A stretch of DNA of 64,000 nucleotides from Anthoceros angustus (taxonomy: Eukaryota > Plantae > Anthocerotophyta), in NCBI GenBank assembly GCA_010909165.1, contig MU008158.1:1203478-1267477 (forward strand), written 5' to 3'. The notes beneath the pieces are model-generated. The model worked only from the letters and a program-made list of their open reading frames with translations, was not told the DNA's origin and ran no database searches. The first letter of the stretch is position 1, and the number at the start of each line of letters is the position of its first letter. A program made the translations under genes and the position numbers. Below are positions 1 through 11,556 of this stretch, one piece after another.

Positions 1-915
1 GAATGAAGGTTTTATCTCGCTCGTTATATCCTCGTTTAACTTCTCCGATCTCTCGATGTGTGAGCACTGCTTATATGGGAAATGTATAAAATCATCACAT
101 CGAACAAGAGGAAAAAGGTAGGAGTAAACCTCTTGAGTTGGTTCACGTGATGTATGTGGACCTATGCTCATCGCATCATTAGGCGGTGCCTCCTATTTTG
201 TCACTTATAGATGATTTCTCACGCAAGGTGTGGGTTTATCCTTTGAGGAAAAAGGATGAAGTTCGACGTGTTTCGTAAATTTGTCACCCTTGTAGAGAAT
301 CACCGCCACCGATTGAAGTGTCTAAGGACGTATAATGGTGGAGAGTATGTTTCAAAGCTTTCAGCCATTCCGTGATTCCAAGGAATCAAAAGAGAATTGA
401 TCGCCAGATACTCCTCCACAAAATGGTGTGCCGAGCGGATGAATGTAACCATTCGAGAGGATGCGAGTTTGTTGTCAAACTCGATTGCCTAATGGGTTTT
501 GGGCGTATGGTTCATCGCAGCTTCATCTTATTAATGATCTCCTAATAAAATTTGTTGATGGCGAGTTCGAGGAGCTATGGTCCGAAAGAAACCATCCTAC
601 AAGCATCCGCGAGTGTTTGGTGAGGCATACCGCCATGTTCCAAAAGAGTTTCGACAAGTTGGCACCTAAGTCCAAGAAATGTATTTTTCTTGGCTATGGT
701 GATTCCGTGAGATGGGATACCGCTTTGTGGGATCCAAGCTAGAAAGGTTGTTCAGATTAACGACGTGTTCTTCAATGAGAACAAGATGCACAGGAAGCCT
801 ACTCCAATTGTGGAGGTGCGAAGGGTGATCTTCCAAGAAGATGGACACGATCATCATGGGCGGTTGATAATCGTGGTAATGTGCAGAGCACATTCCTCCA
901 CCGGTAGATGAACCA
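1..915 (+). mobile_element. Ty1/copia retrotransposon, degraded GAG-pre-integrase/integrase region (5' part outside the window)
   Basis: Frameshifted motifs CEHCLYG, DVCGPM..SLGGASYFVT..DDFSRKVWVY, NGGEY, TPPQNGVAERMN, KLAPKSKKCIFLGY. The frame resumes after the CACTA insertion (PVDEP|RVEQAP). Confidence 0.9.
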
Positions 916-3900
916 CACTACTAGGAAAAGTATACTTTTACTAATTGCGCTTTACAACAGGGTGCATTTTACCACGACGCCCATTTTACTACGCCAATTG
1001 AAGGCACCGCTTCAAGTCCATGTATTATTTTCAAGTATAGCCTCAATTTACTAAACCTCATTCCAACTTTACTAGGCTTGTTTTGCCAAAGGCGCAATGA
1101 CGTGGCAAAAACAAAATGGATTTTACTACGGGCACTTACTTTACAACAGAGCTTATGGACGCTACAACGATGGCATGTTTGTTTACTACGGGCCATCAAT
1201 TTACTACAGACTTTCTCCATTACAACGGGTTCTTTTACAACATGCCAATGGTATTTTACAACATCCCATAGTTTACTACACACCTGTAGGGTTTTCAACA
1301 AGACCCTTTACGACTAGACACCGGTCGTTTACAACAGCACTAATTTAGAATGGGTTTTGATGATAACCCACATCTTTTTACCCTAAAAAGAAAAAAAGTA
1401 GAGGTAACCGGGGTGTACATCAGTTACGGCTTGGGCTAGGCCGACCCTAAACGAGAACAAGCGGGGACATGCTGAAAAATCCTCCATATGCATCCACATC
1501 CCTATGCATCCATATTTTCTTCAAAGACAACGCGTTTTCCACGTGCAGTGGTCCCGACAACCACTTTATTGTCATACAAAAAAGTTTGAATTAGTTTGGG
1601 TGACACAAGGGTAAAGGGATCATCTTGAACTCTGGTAGAAGGATAACAAGATCTAGGGTTCACTATGTGCATTCCAATTGTCCTTCTTCAATCCCTTGTG
1701 ATCATTTGCATCCTCATAAACTAGTTTGAACCACTTAACCTTTAAAAATTAGCTGTTGATGACAACCCAAAGTCAACCTTTAAAATTTTCTGCACTATTC
1801 CCACATATGGCCGAGGAGAAGTGTGGCCGAGGATTAGGGTTTGGGTCAAATTAACCTTGGCCTTCAAAATCGAGTTGAATATGTCGGATGAGGGTTAGGG
1901 TTTGGTTAAAGTAACCTTGGGCTTGGATTCGCATGGAATATGCTAGCTTGAGGTCTAGGGTTCGGGTAAAGTCCTATTATCACCGATATCCAAGGAAGAA
2001 GAAGGCTATAAATGCAATGATAATGTGCTAATTCACCAAGCCATATCCAGGGTTTGAGCTCCATTCCCACCAGAGCAAAAACATCATGCAAAAAACACGC
2101 ACTGGCGAGTGCTGCGAAATTCCTGCTCAACCTAATGGCGGGAAGTCCTGACTATGAGTCATTTCCCGCCGGCGTTTCACACCGCGGTCAAGGGAGAGAC
2201 GCTGTACAAGTGTATGGAAAACCCTTCGTCTCGTATCATGACTCAGAGAGGCAAGCCCGCACCAGAATCGCTGACGCCAGCCATGGCCGCCACGCTAAAC
2301 CCTGGAGATGGAGATGGAGGCAGCTAGTCGTCGAAGTCGCGCCAAGGAGAGTGCCTGCAGCTATCTTAGAAACTCAAGTGCTTTCGTTGTTCCAGCCAGA
2401 TTTGGGCTCAAGGGTTGCAAGGATTGATGTTTCTGTGTCCCGCTGCAGTGCCAGGTGCGACTTACCCGACTCCAAGCTGCCTGGTGCAGGCAGCCCATCA
2501 ACAAAGTCGTTCCCACGACTCCTAGAAACCTGCACGTGAGCAGATTTCATGTCACTTCGACGACTAACTGCGAGATCTGAGTGCGTCTGGGCTTAGAGCA
2601 GGTGGCTACGCACCCACAGCAAGGCACCACCTCCCCGCCTCACTAGCCGCAGCAGCGTTGCAGCCACAGCAACGCTGATCCAACAAGTTTGGGGTTTCCA
2701 ACCTTCCAGGGTCATAGCGCCCGCGTTACAGGTCGGTTGCCGTTGATTCTTATACCAAACTGCTCGCCTTGATGAGGCGAGTCTAATGGTATACTGTGTG
2801 TCCAATTTGGAGCCCTATCCAGGGACTGATTGCGTTTGAAAGTTTCGAACAGCAGGGTTTTGCTCTTGCTGCATTTGCTTTGATTTTCAATCTGGCATCG
2901 CGAGTGAGCGAGGCCGTGTGCTACAAGCTTTGCATGTGAGCTGGAGTTTTGCTGTGCTGTGTTTCTCAATCCTAGGGCAGACATAGGGGACCGAGGTGCC
3001 GCATGATCAAAGCAGTTGAACTTTCTATTTTGTGCTAGGGAGGAGGGTGCCATGAAGAGGGTGAAGGATACAGGTAGCAATACCTACACATGCTTTGGCC
3101 ATGGGGGCAGCGTGGTTTTCTGGATAGGTTCAGAGGAAAGTTTGGGAGGGAGCCAACCGTGGATGAGATCAGAGCTGTTGGTACAGTTCACGGAAATTGG
3201 CTGGTGAAGCTGCGAGCGTTTTGGATGAATTCCAAAATCACAAGTCCTGCTTTGGGTCCACAGGTTAACTCACAGGGGATTGACACTGCTATTAACGTGT
3301 GAAACCAGTTGGTTGAGGCAGGTTACCCAACCGATGAATGCGATACCCAATCATGGGGCTTGGCTTATAAAGTTGAAAGAGTTTTGGATGCAGTCTGGAA
3401 CTAGAACTCCAGCTTTGGGTCTGCAAGTGGACTCAAAGGGGCAGAAGGACAAGGCGATTAATGTGTGGACCTTGTTGAAGGATGCAGGCTATTCCATCAA
3501 GGAGTGCGATGAGAAGGTCATGGAGGCCATCCTAAAGCAGAATGTCATAGATGACGGTGGATGGTGGGGCATTATCTTCCCGCAAAGTTGCAAGACAAGC
3601 TGAGGATGCTTGAGCATGATTCTGGTTAGGTCGTTGTCCAGGACTATTGTGTCTATTTTGTGATAGCCTGAAGTTCTGTGAACTTGAACTGATTTAAGTT
3701 CGTGGTTCTCTTTTTGCAGGTGGCAAACCTTTGGGGCACGGTCTTTGAGTTGAGGTGCTGGGTGGAGAAAATTCTTAGATGCCCTGTAGCATGTAGGGGC
3801 TGGGAGTCTAATATATTGTAGGATGTAGGTGCAATCCCGAATTCGGTACCCCATAACCCACACACCCGCCTAGCACTCCTTCATTTTACTACAACAGAGT

Positions 3901-4421
3901 GCACTTTACTACAGCAATATAAATCCGTATTTACTTTACTACGGTCCTGATTACATCAGATTTTTACTACGCGCCTTATTTTGCAGCCATGTGTTTTACA
4001 ACGGCCCGTTATAACTACAGTTCACTGATTAACCTAACCATGGTTACATAACTATGGTTTATAAACTACTGTTATTTAACTTCAGTTAATAAACTTGAGT
4101 TAATTCATATTGGTTACTTAACCATATTTTATTAACCACGATTAGAGTTGTTGTAAATGCCGTTGTAGATCACTGTAGTAATTGTTGTTGTAAAGTGAAC
4201 TGTAGTTAAACCCTAACTGATGTACGGTCAACTCCGTAAAGTATATCGTATGTACGTATGTCACATACGAATACAATATATAGCCATGGTATACGGTGTG
4301 AAGACATTACCACGGAAATTAATGCTATGTGTTTACAACGGGCATTTTACTACAGGTGTAGTAATTCTGTAGTAATGTCCGTAGTAAATTCCGTTGTAAA
4401 GGACACGTTTTCCTAGAAGTG
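916..4421. mobile_element. CACTA (En/Spm) DNA transposon, probably non-autonomous, inserted into the copia pol
   Basis: 5' TIR CACTACTAGGAAAA at 916 and 3' TIR TTTTCCTAGAAGTG ending at 4421. 3-bp TSD CCA at 913-915 and 4422-4424. Dense subterminal TTTAC(T/A)AC repeats at both ends. Confidence 0.92.
3040..3860 (+). pseudogene. Degraded TnpA/Ptta-like (Transposase_24-like) coding remnant inside the CACTA element
   Basis: Joining frames gives YTCFGHGG.RGFLDRFRGKFGREPTVDEIRAVGTVH, resembling the Ptta/En-Spm 'H..G..G...K.GREPT..E' motif. Frameshifted; no DDE TnpD seen. Confidence 0.45.
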
Positions 4422-6068
4422 CCAAGAGTCGAACAAGCACCTATAGAGGTGCCTGTGCTTCGTCGGTCAGGCAGGATTACACGGCCTCCTGACAGGTATG
4501 ATCCATCTCTGGATTATGTCATGCTGACAGATTGTGGGGAACCCTCTTCTTACAAAGAGGCCATGTCAATGAGTAACAAAGAGAAGTGGGAGAAGGCCAT
4601 GCAGTCAGAAATGAATTCGCTGCATAAGAACCAAACTTGGGAGTTGGTTCGGTTGCCTAGGGATAAGAAGGCACTCTGCAAATGGGTGTACAAGATGAAG
4701 GTCATACCCCTTGATGGCAAACCAAAGTACAAGGCACGATTGGTTGCTAAGGGTTTCAAGCAACAACCGTGCATTGACTTTGATGAGATTTTCTCACCAG
4801 TAGTCAAAATGACAACTTTGCGATGTGTTCTTGCTTTGGTTGCCAGGAATGATATGGAACTTGTACAGATGGATGTCAAGACGGCATTCTTGCATGGTGA
4901 CCTTCAAGAGGAAGTCTACATGCAGCAACCAGAAGGTTTTGTTGAGAAGGGCAAAGAGAATCTGGTGTGCAGGTTATGGAAGAGCCTTTATGGTTTGAAA
5001 CAGGCACCCAGAGAGTGGTATCACAAGTTCCACTCATTTATGCTTTCTCAAGGCTACAAACGTAGCGATGAGGATCATTGCCTCTATACGAAGCAAGCTA
5101 AGGATCAAAGCTTGCTCATTTTGATCCTCTATGTGGATGATATGCTAATTGTCGAACAGTACTGATGAGATTTCAGCGTTGAAGTCAAAGTTGAATGCTC
5201 ACTTTGAAATGACAGACTTGGGAGAGGCGAGCCATATACTTGGCATGCGTATTCGTCGGAACAGACATAAGCGTCTGCTTTATTTGTCTCGCATAATACA
5301 TTAACAGTGCTTCAACGCTTCAACATGGAGAAGGGAAACCATTGGGTACCCATTGCCTCCATATGTGAAACTTTCAAGCGGATTGCCCAAGCTCGAGGAG
5401 GACAAAGTCGAAATGGAGAAGGTCCCATACTCATCACCGTAGGGAGTTTGATGTATGCAATGATTGCTACACGCCCGACATTGCCTTTGCGGTGGGAGTG
5501 GTTAGCGAGTTTATGTCAAACCCCGCAAGAAGCATTGGGAGGCGAAAAGGAGTTATGAGGTATCCGAATGGTACAAAAGCTTTGTGCATATGTTTTGGTA
5601 GTGAAGATGCATGTGGTTGGGTACATGATGCCGATTATGCAGGGGATATGGACAAAAGGAGGTCCACATCAGGTTATGTCTTCATGTGCACTGGAGGGGC
5701 AGTCTCATGGCGATCTCGTTTGCAGTCGTGCATTACGCTATCTACCACAGAGGCCGAGTATGTTGCAAAGAATCGAGGCTTGCAAGGAAGCCATATGGCT
5801 TGCCTGCTTAGTGGGAGACTTGGGGATCAAGGTTGAGTCGCTGTTGCATTGTGATAGCCAGAGTGCTATCCAATTGGCAAAGAATCCAGTGTTTCATGCG
5901 AAGACTAAACATGTGGATGTGAAGTATCACTTCATTCGAGAGGTGTTGGATGACAAGAGGGTACAACTTGTCAAGGTTCACACCAGCCAGAACCCTGCAG
6001 ATATTCTTACCAAGGGACTCTCTACGGAGCAATTTGCACAAGCTCGGACACTGATGGGCATGAGGTAG
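4422..6068 (+). mobile_element. Ty1/copia reverse transcriptase + RNase H (frameshifted)
   Basis: KARLVAKG, QMDVKTAFLHG, LYGLKQAPREW, LYVDDML, DADYAGD..KRRSTSGY, LSTTEAEY, CDSQSAI, KHVDVKYHFIRE, NPADILTK. Confidence 0.95.
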
Positions 6069-6108
6069 TCCATTCTTCTGAAGGTAAATTGGCCTTTAAG
6101 TGGGAGGT

Positions 6109-6538
6109 TGTAAGGGTATTAAAGCTCAATGTACTTAGACTAATACACTTAGTCTAAGTTAGGTGTCGCTATATCATTAGTTTAGCTTAAGCTAATCACT
6201 AGGAAGCTTCTTGTTCTTCTTCCTAGTGGCTTCTTGTGGAGCTTCCTAGGGAGCCCTGTTGGAGGGTATAAATACCCTCCAAAGCCTCATCTCAATGTGA
6301 GAGAGTTACTCTTGCCTCCTCCTCTCCTCTCCTCTTTCCACCATCATGGGCTGTCACACGATCCTTCATAGGTGACTTTAGGTAGGGAGCTCAGTTGCTC
6401 CTCTCCACCTCGACCCCCAGGTCCCCTTTGGTTGTCCCCTCATGGATGGGCTAGCCCATATAGGAGGGGATGGGAAGAGCGCTCTTCCCATCATTTTTTC
6501 ACCTCAATAAAAACTTCTTCTACAAGTTCAATGCTACA
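6109..6538 (+). repeat. Putative 3' LTR of the copia element (3' boundary uncertain; contains a LINE-tail insertion)
   Basis: Polypurine tract AAGTGGGAGG (6098-6107) followed by TGTAAG; TATAAATA near 6267; candidate ...TACA ends at 6524 or 6538. Confidence 0.55.
6373..6513 (+). mobile_element. 5'-truncated 3' tail of the CRE-type LINE family (or a SINE sharing its tail)
   Basis: TGACTTTAGGTAGGGAGC(T/C)..TTGCTCCTCTCCAC...GGTCCCCTTTGGTTG...TTTTCACCTCAATAAAAA matches the reverse complement of 58844-58942. Confidence 0.8.
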
Positions 6539-6807
6539 AGTGGAATAAGTAATGAGCAGCAAACCCCTTTCATCAGTCACATGAACAAAATAGGTGGAGT
6601 AAGAGAACAAAATTAAAGTTAAGATTATCTGGTCTACCTAGCAAGAATTTTGGGCTACTTGTCATTAATAAATTATTATTTACGTTCTAGGTGACTACTC
6701 TCACTTCCCGACTAGAATGTCCTTGTCCATGGAAGTGGCTGGGTAATTTCCATAGCAAAAATACTATAGCACCAAGAACAAGGTGGAGGGAAGGGAAGAG
6801 TGATAGC

Positions 6808-7072
6808 TAATCGAGGAGTGATTGCTTAGGTAGAATGATCTTGAGGACGACATGACGAGGACAGGTCGAGGAGTGATCGTTAGTAGAATCAGGTTGAGGA
6901 CAACCTGATGTAGACAGGTCGAGGAGTGATCGTTAGTAGAATCAGGTTGAGGACAACCTGATGTAGACAGGTCGAGGAGTGATCGTTGGTAGAATGAGCT
7001 TGAGGACAACATGACGAGGACAGGTCAGGGAGTGATCACTAGTCGAATGAGCTTGAGGATAACCTGATAAGG
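6808..7072. repeat. Tandem repeat, about 5 x 53 bp, with an internal hairpin
   Basis: Unit GACAGGTCGAGGAGTGATCGTTAGTAGAATCAGGTTGAGGACAACCTGATGTA; two near-identical copies plus diverged flanking copies. Confidence 0.85.
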
Positions 7073-8227
7073 TCAGAGGATAGTGCACCAAAGGCAATGC
7101 TTGTTATTACATAGTGGACAGAAGACTGTACTTGTTATTATGAGATGGAGTTGTTATAAAGAAATCAAATAGATATTTATAAAGCTATTACAAAATAGTG
7201 GACAAAAGAAAATCGTGCTTGTTATTATGAGATAGAGTTGTTATGAAGAAATCAAATAGTACTTCTCTAGGTCGCTACCATAAGAATTATATGCAAGGGG
7301 TTTTCTAAGGAATGACCATTTTCTAGAAAGAACTTTTCAAGGGGAACGGAGAGAAGAAAGTGCAAACGACAAATTATAATCTAAGCCACACCAATATCTC
7401 TATTAAGATATGAGAAAAAAACATCTTGAGGTGCTCTTCGTCTTTCATGGGGAGGAGGGAAGAGCAAGCCCTGTCTACGGATCAAGTGAAGACTGGAGAG
7501 TTTGGTGTAATCGCATTTTGAGATAAACATGGACTAACGAGGGCCGCAGTATAGTCATGCTTAGGGAGGGCCACATAATTGTCATGCTGAGGAAGGAGGA
7601 AGAATTGGCTGTACAGGTTTCCCTTTATCTTTCTCAACAAAGGAAAGAGTTTGCAGGGCGCTGAAGATGCAACCGGAGGGCGGCAATCAATGTAACAAGA
7701 TATCATGAACTAACCAGGGCCACAATTTAATTTCGCTTTGGAAATTTCCAGATTGTGTTACAAAATTGTATATACAGGTTCTCTGGCCCCTTCTCGAGAA
7801 AAAGGAAAGAGCACAGCCCTGTAGATAAAAGCAAATGATGGCAATGGCATTCTAAAATTACAAGCAGAGGATGTCGATGGCAGACCCGAAGGGGGTATCG
7901 AGAGAAAGCTCTTTACCAAACCCCCCAGTCTCATCCTCAGTCTGAATGTGCGCGGACAACCATACACTTCACCGCACGCTAGTTCTTAGCCACATCCGAG
8001 TCAGAGTCTGAATCTGACCCAGCAGACCCGCTCCTAAACTCGCTGCCTGAGGAACCCCCGCTGGAAAACATATAGTCTTCAGCAGGTGCAGCGGCATTTT
8101 CTGGCTGCACCGCCTCAGCTGCTTCTCCCGGCAGCACCACATAAGCTACACCTGCTTCTTCGCGTCCTGGAGAACCGTCTGCCGCTTCCACAGCTCCAGG
8201 TTAGGGTTCAGATCGAGAAATCTCGAT

Positions 8228-10150
8228 TCAGTCTGATCCTTTCTCCCCATCTGAATCAGAGTCCGAATCTGACCCAGAAGACGACCCCGAAGACGACCCG
8301 TCGCTGCTAGATCCGGAGCCTGAGCTATCCGAGCTATCAGAATCTGATTCGTCGTCAGGTGCTGCAGCAGCAACGTCTGCCTCCGCTGCGTTTTCAGGCT
8401 GCACAGCCTCGGCTCGGCCTGCGTCCTCGCGACCGGGGGAGTCGTTCATGATGTCAACATCCTCTTCTTCGGCTTCCACAGCTGCAGGTAGAGGTAGAGG
8501 TCGAGAAGCCTTGACTTTACCTGCACCCTCCTCCTTCGGAACCTTAGGAGTCCTCAAGATCTTGCTCTTGCTCTTCTGCCAATTCATCGTGATCCGGAAG
8601 ATTTCAAACATAGTTCCGGTATCCAAAGAGCTCATATCAAATTCAGCGATTCCCTGCTGCTGGTCTGGCTGAGCTTGGACTTTCTTGGAAACCATAGCGT
8701 AGATTATGTTCTGCCGATCTTCTGGAAGATCCTGGACCGTGTTAGCCAGCCTGCACATCTCCTTCTGGGTAAGAACGCGGGGGCCACCATAGGCCTTGGC
8801 AGACTTCGATCTGCCCAACCGAGGATCGACAAGAACACCTGACTCTGGGTCCCGAACCACCGAACCTACCGCAGCTTTCTTGGGTTTCAGTGGCCTGGCT
8901 GGCTTTCTCTCACCCTCCTCATCCAAAGTACTGGGAGGCACCTTCCTCCGTGCCTTGTGGCTGGACTTACGGTGATCCCGGTCCTCATTCCCTTGCGCTT
9001 GCACCAAGCCACCTTCACTTCCAGCTCGCACTTTCGCGGCACCACGGTCAGTAGCTTGTCTGCTTGCCAGTCCTTCAACCCTAAATGACGGTACAGGAGG
9101 GGGAGGAGGCGGAGGAGCCGGCGCAGGAGCGCGAACTGGGGGGTTGGCCACTCTCCGCTCGACAGCTCTGAACCTGGAGTCAAACCTGGCTTTCAACCTC
9201 TTCGCAGCCTGGTAAAAGTCTGACGTCTTGTTGTTGTACTTCATAGCATTTGAGAATGTCAGTCTTACGTCCCTGGCACACTCCCTGGGATGCACGTACT
9301 CCCTTGACTCAAGCCTGGACATCACCGTGCCCAGATCCATCGGCTCCTTGATCAATTGGTAGTAATCTACCAGCCCGGGCCATAACACAGAGACTGGCTG
9401 CATGAACCCCCACGCTGCACTGTCCTGAGACAACTCAGACACAATGTCGATGCAATGCTGCCAAACCGTAGGATCTATGTCCTCCAGAGGTTTCAAGCGC
9501 TTGGGACTCGGAGCTGATCTGGGGATCCCGGCTGGCAACTTCCTCTTGCCATCCGATGATCGTTCCCCACTATGGTCCCAACCGACCTCCGGTCCTTCAT
9601 ACGCCAGATCCCCTTCCCCTGCAATGGACTCCCTCGGCTGGGCCGCATCCTTCTCTCTCGAGTGAGGCACACCCTTTTTCCTCTTGATCACCTGCAAATC
9701 TGCCTGGTCATGGGACGACTCCTTGCTACCATCAAAATCGTTACCAGCAACAGTCATCCTGGCTCCCACAACCCGCCGCTCCTTCGTAAAGACATCCGCA
9801 CCCGCTTGCCCCACCGACTCATGCTCCACCTCGTTAGCCCTCGCGCCTGCTCCAACTCCAGAACTCTGCCTAGACATGGAACCCGCCCTGTGCCCACGAG
9901 CTTCACCCGCCGGTTCTTGAACACCTCCAGAATCCCCGTGCACCGCCGACACCGCCGCATCACTACCAATGTTATTCCTCGAGTCGTGCGAGGACGTCGG
10001 TTCGGCTGCAAGCAGAGTTCTCTGCCTCGCACAAGCACGAGCGTGAAGTTCCTGCAGCTGAGCCAATTCCCTCTTGAGCCTTCTCCGTTTCTGACCTCTG
10101 TTTTCCGTCACCGTGCTAGACGGCGCTGCGCTCATATCGCTGCCATCCAT
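8228..10150 (-). CDS. BET/GTE-family bromodomain + extra-terminal (ET) domain protein, single coding exon
   Basis: Bromodomain (WGFMQPV..GLVDYYQLIKEPMDLGTV..RL..DVRLTFSNAMKYN), Pro-rich linker, ET domain (LTQKEMCRLANTVQDLP...EFDMSSLDTGTMFEI), Ser/Asp-rich tail. Confidence 0.92.
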   Translation of the reverse strand: MDGSDMSAAPSSTVTENRGQKRRRLKRELAQLQELHARACARQRTLLAAEPTSSHDSRNNIGSDAAVSAVHGDSGGVQEPAGEARGHRAGSMSRQSSGVGAGARANEVEHESVGQAGADVFTKERRVVGARMTVAGNDFDGSKESSHDQADLQVIKRKKGVPHSREKDAAQPRESIAGEGDLAYEGPEVGWDHSGERSSDGKRKLPAGIPRSAPSPKRLKPLEDIDPTVWQHCIDIVSELSQDSAAWGFMQPVSVLWPGLVDYYQLIKEPMDLGTVMSRLESREYVHPRECARDVRLTFSNAMKYNNKTSDFYQAAKRLKARFDSRFRAVERRVANPPVRAPAPAPPPPPPPVPSFRVEGLASRQATDRGAAKVRAGSEGGLVQAQGNEDRDHRKSSHKARRKVPPSTLDEEGERKPARPLKPKKAAVGSVVRDPESGVLVDPRLGRSKSAKAYGGPRVLTQKEMCRLANTVQDLPEDRQNIIYAMVSKKVQAQPDQQQGIAEFDMSSLDTGTMFEIFRITMNWQKSKSKILRTPKVPKEEGAGKVKASRPLPLPAAVEAEEEDVDIMNDSPGREDAGRAEAVQPENAAEADVAAAAPDDESDSDSSDSSGSGSSSDGSSSGSSSGSDSDSDSDGEKGSD

Positions 10151-11190
10151 TCAATGCTACAGGGGTAAGGAAGGTAGGAAGGAACCTTTCTGACAGGGAT
10201 AAGAGACAAGCGTACTGAAATCCTACTTTCTTAACATCCGTGACATCACATCAACAACACGGCGGAGCAACCAACACAGGGCTACACTCGACCAAGCCAC
10301 CCAACCAAAGCTGCAATGGCAGGCCCAGACAACGTTCCCGCATCCTCAATTTAAAGATTGAAACATTCCGCGCCCAGAGGACACCGGCCACAGCCAAACA
10401 GACTTGCGACCACAGGAAGCCCAAGGGATACCCAGGCCACACGCAGGTAATAGAACAATCCTCATAAGTATCGTTCATTGAATTCACATTGCATATTGAC
10501 AGTCACAGGATCAGAGCAGAGGCCATACCCTCCACCAAGGCCAAATAACTTGTCCGACAGACACGGAAGAAACGAGTGAGTACCTAGACGAAGGAGGGAT
10601 GACCAACAACGGCCCAGATCTCCACAGCAATCCCTATTTCCACCCTGATCCCGGGCACCCATTCAGCTCCCACAAACTACAGCTCAAACCCCCACCCCGG
10701 ATCTACAAGCTCAGATCAGTCTTCGAGCCAAATTTCCTCCACAGCTCCATCGACTCCCGCATCCAGCTCCCACTGACTGAGCCCGGAGCTGGAGGAGCCG
10801 AATGTCGAATCTTCCTCCCAGAGCCCTAACCCGCCACCGAAAACCTAAAATCCAGCTCCAGGGACTGGGGCCTCCAACGGCCCTCTCAACGGGCGTGCCA
10901 ACCAACACAGGGCAGCCCCGGAGCTCAGATCCCGCATGCACAAGCCGGGAGCAGAAGCCCCGGCATCTCCTTCAGCTCGGCGCGGCGGCCAGGGCCGGCT
11001 GGCTCCAGCCCGGCCGGCCTCCGGGGCACGTCGGGCTCCGCTTCGCGGCGCACTGGGCCGCTTAATCCTGAACCGAATCTCGGAGCAGAGGGACCCTGAG
11101 AGCATCAGGGCCAGGGAGGCGGGGAGCGGGACAGGGGTTCGGGGAGCAGGAAGGAAGAGAAGCACTGGAGACTATGGCTGGAGGCGGTGC

Positions 11191-11199
11191 GTATTTATA
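11191..11199 (-). promoter_or_regulatory. Putative TATA box of the GTE gene
   Basis: TATAAATAC on the minus strand at the upstream edge of a GC-rich leader-like region. Positional inference only. Confidence 0.4.
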
Positions 11200-11556
11200 C
11201 ATGGCGCACGGAACTTTCCGCTGTTACCGCGCCGCAAGTGACATCAGTTACCCATTGCAATGTAACTGGCTATCCGGCGTGCGCCAATCGGCTGCCCCTC
11301 CGCCAGATACTTACCACCTAGGGCTTACTCGGCGGGACACTTTCACTTTTAGGGCACGCAACACCCCCCGACACCCAGCCCCACACGCATAACACAAACC
11401 CACGCATACAAATACCATGCACCCCACCTATGAGGACTCAACATCAATTCATAACTTCTATCTTAACCACAACATGGTCAGTTATGGAAGATCACTTACC
11501 GCTCTTTCCTTTTTACTCCGACCCTTGGGGGTCTCCCCACTGCTGGATGGGCTCTC

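Noticed and set aside
6539-6558. Possible tRNA-Met primer binding site after the LTR
   Set aside because: AGTGGAATAAG matches TGGTATCAGAGC poorly, and a PBS is not expected after a 3' LTR.
6808-7072. CRISPR-like array
   Set aside because: No unique spacers, no cas genes, eukaryotic context.
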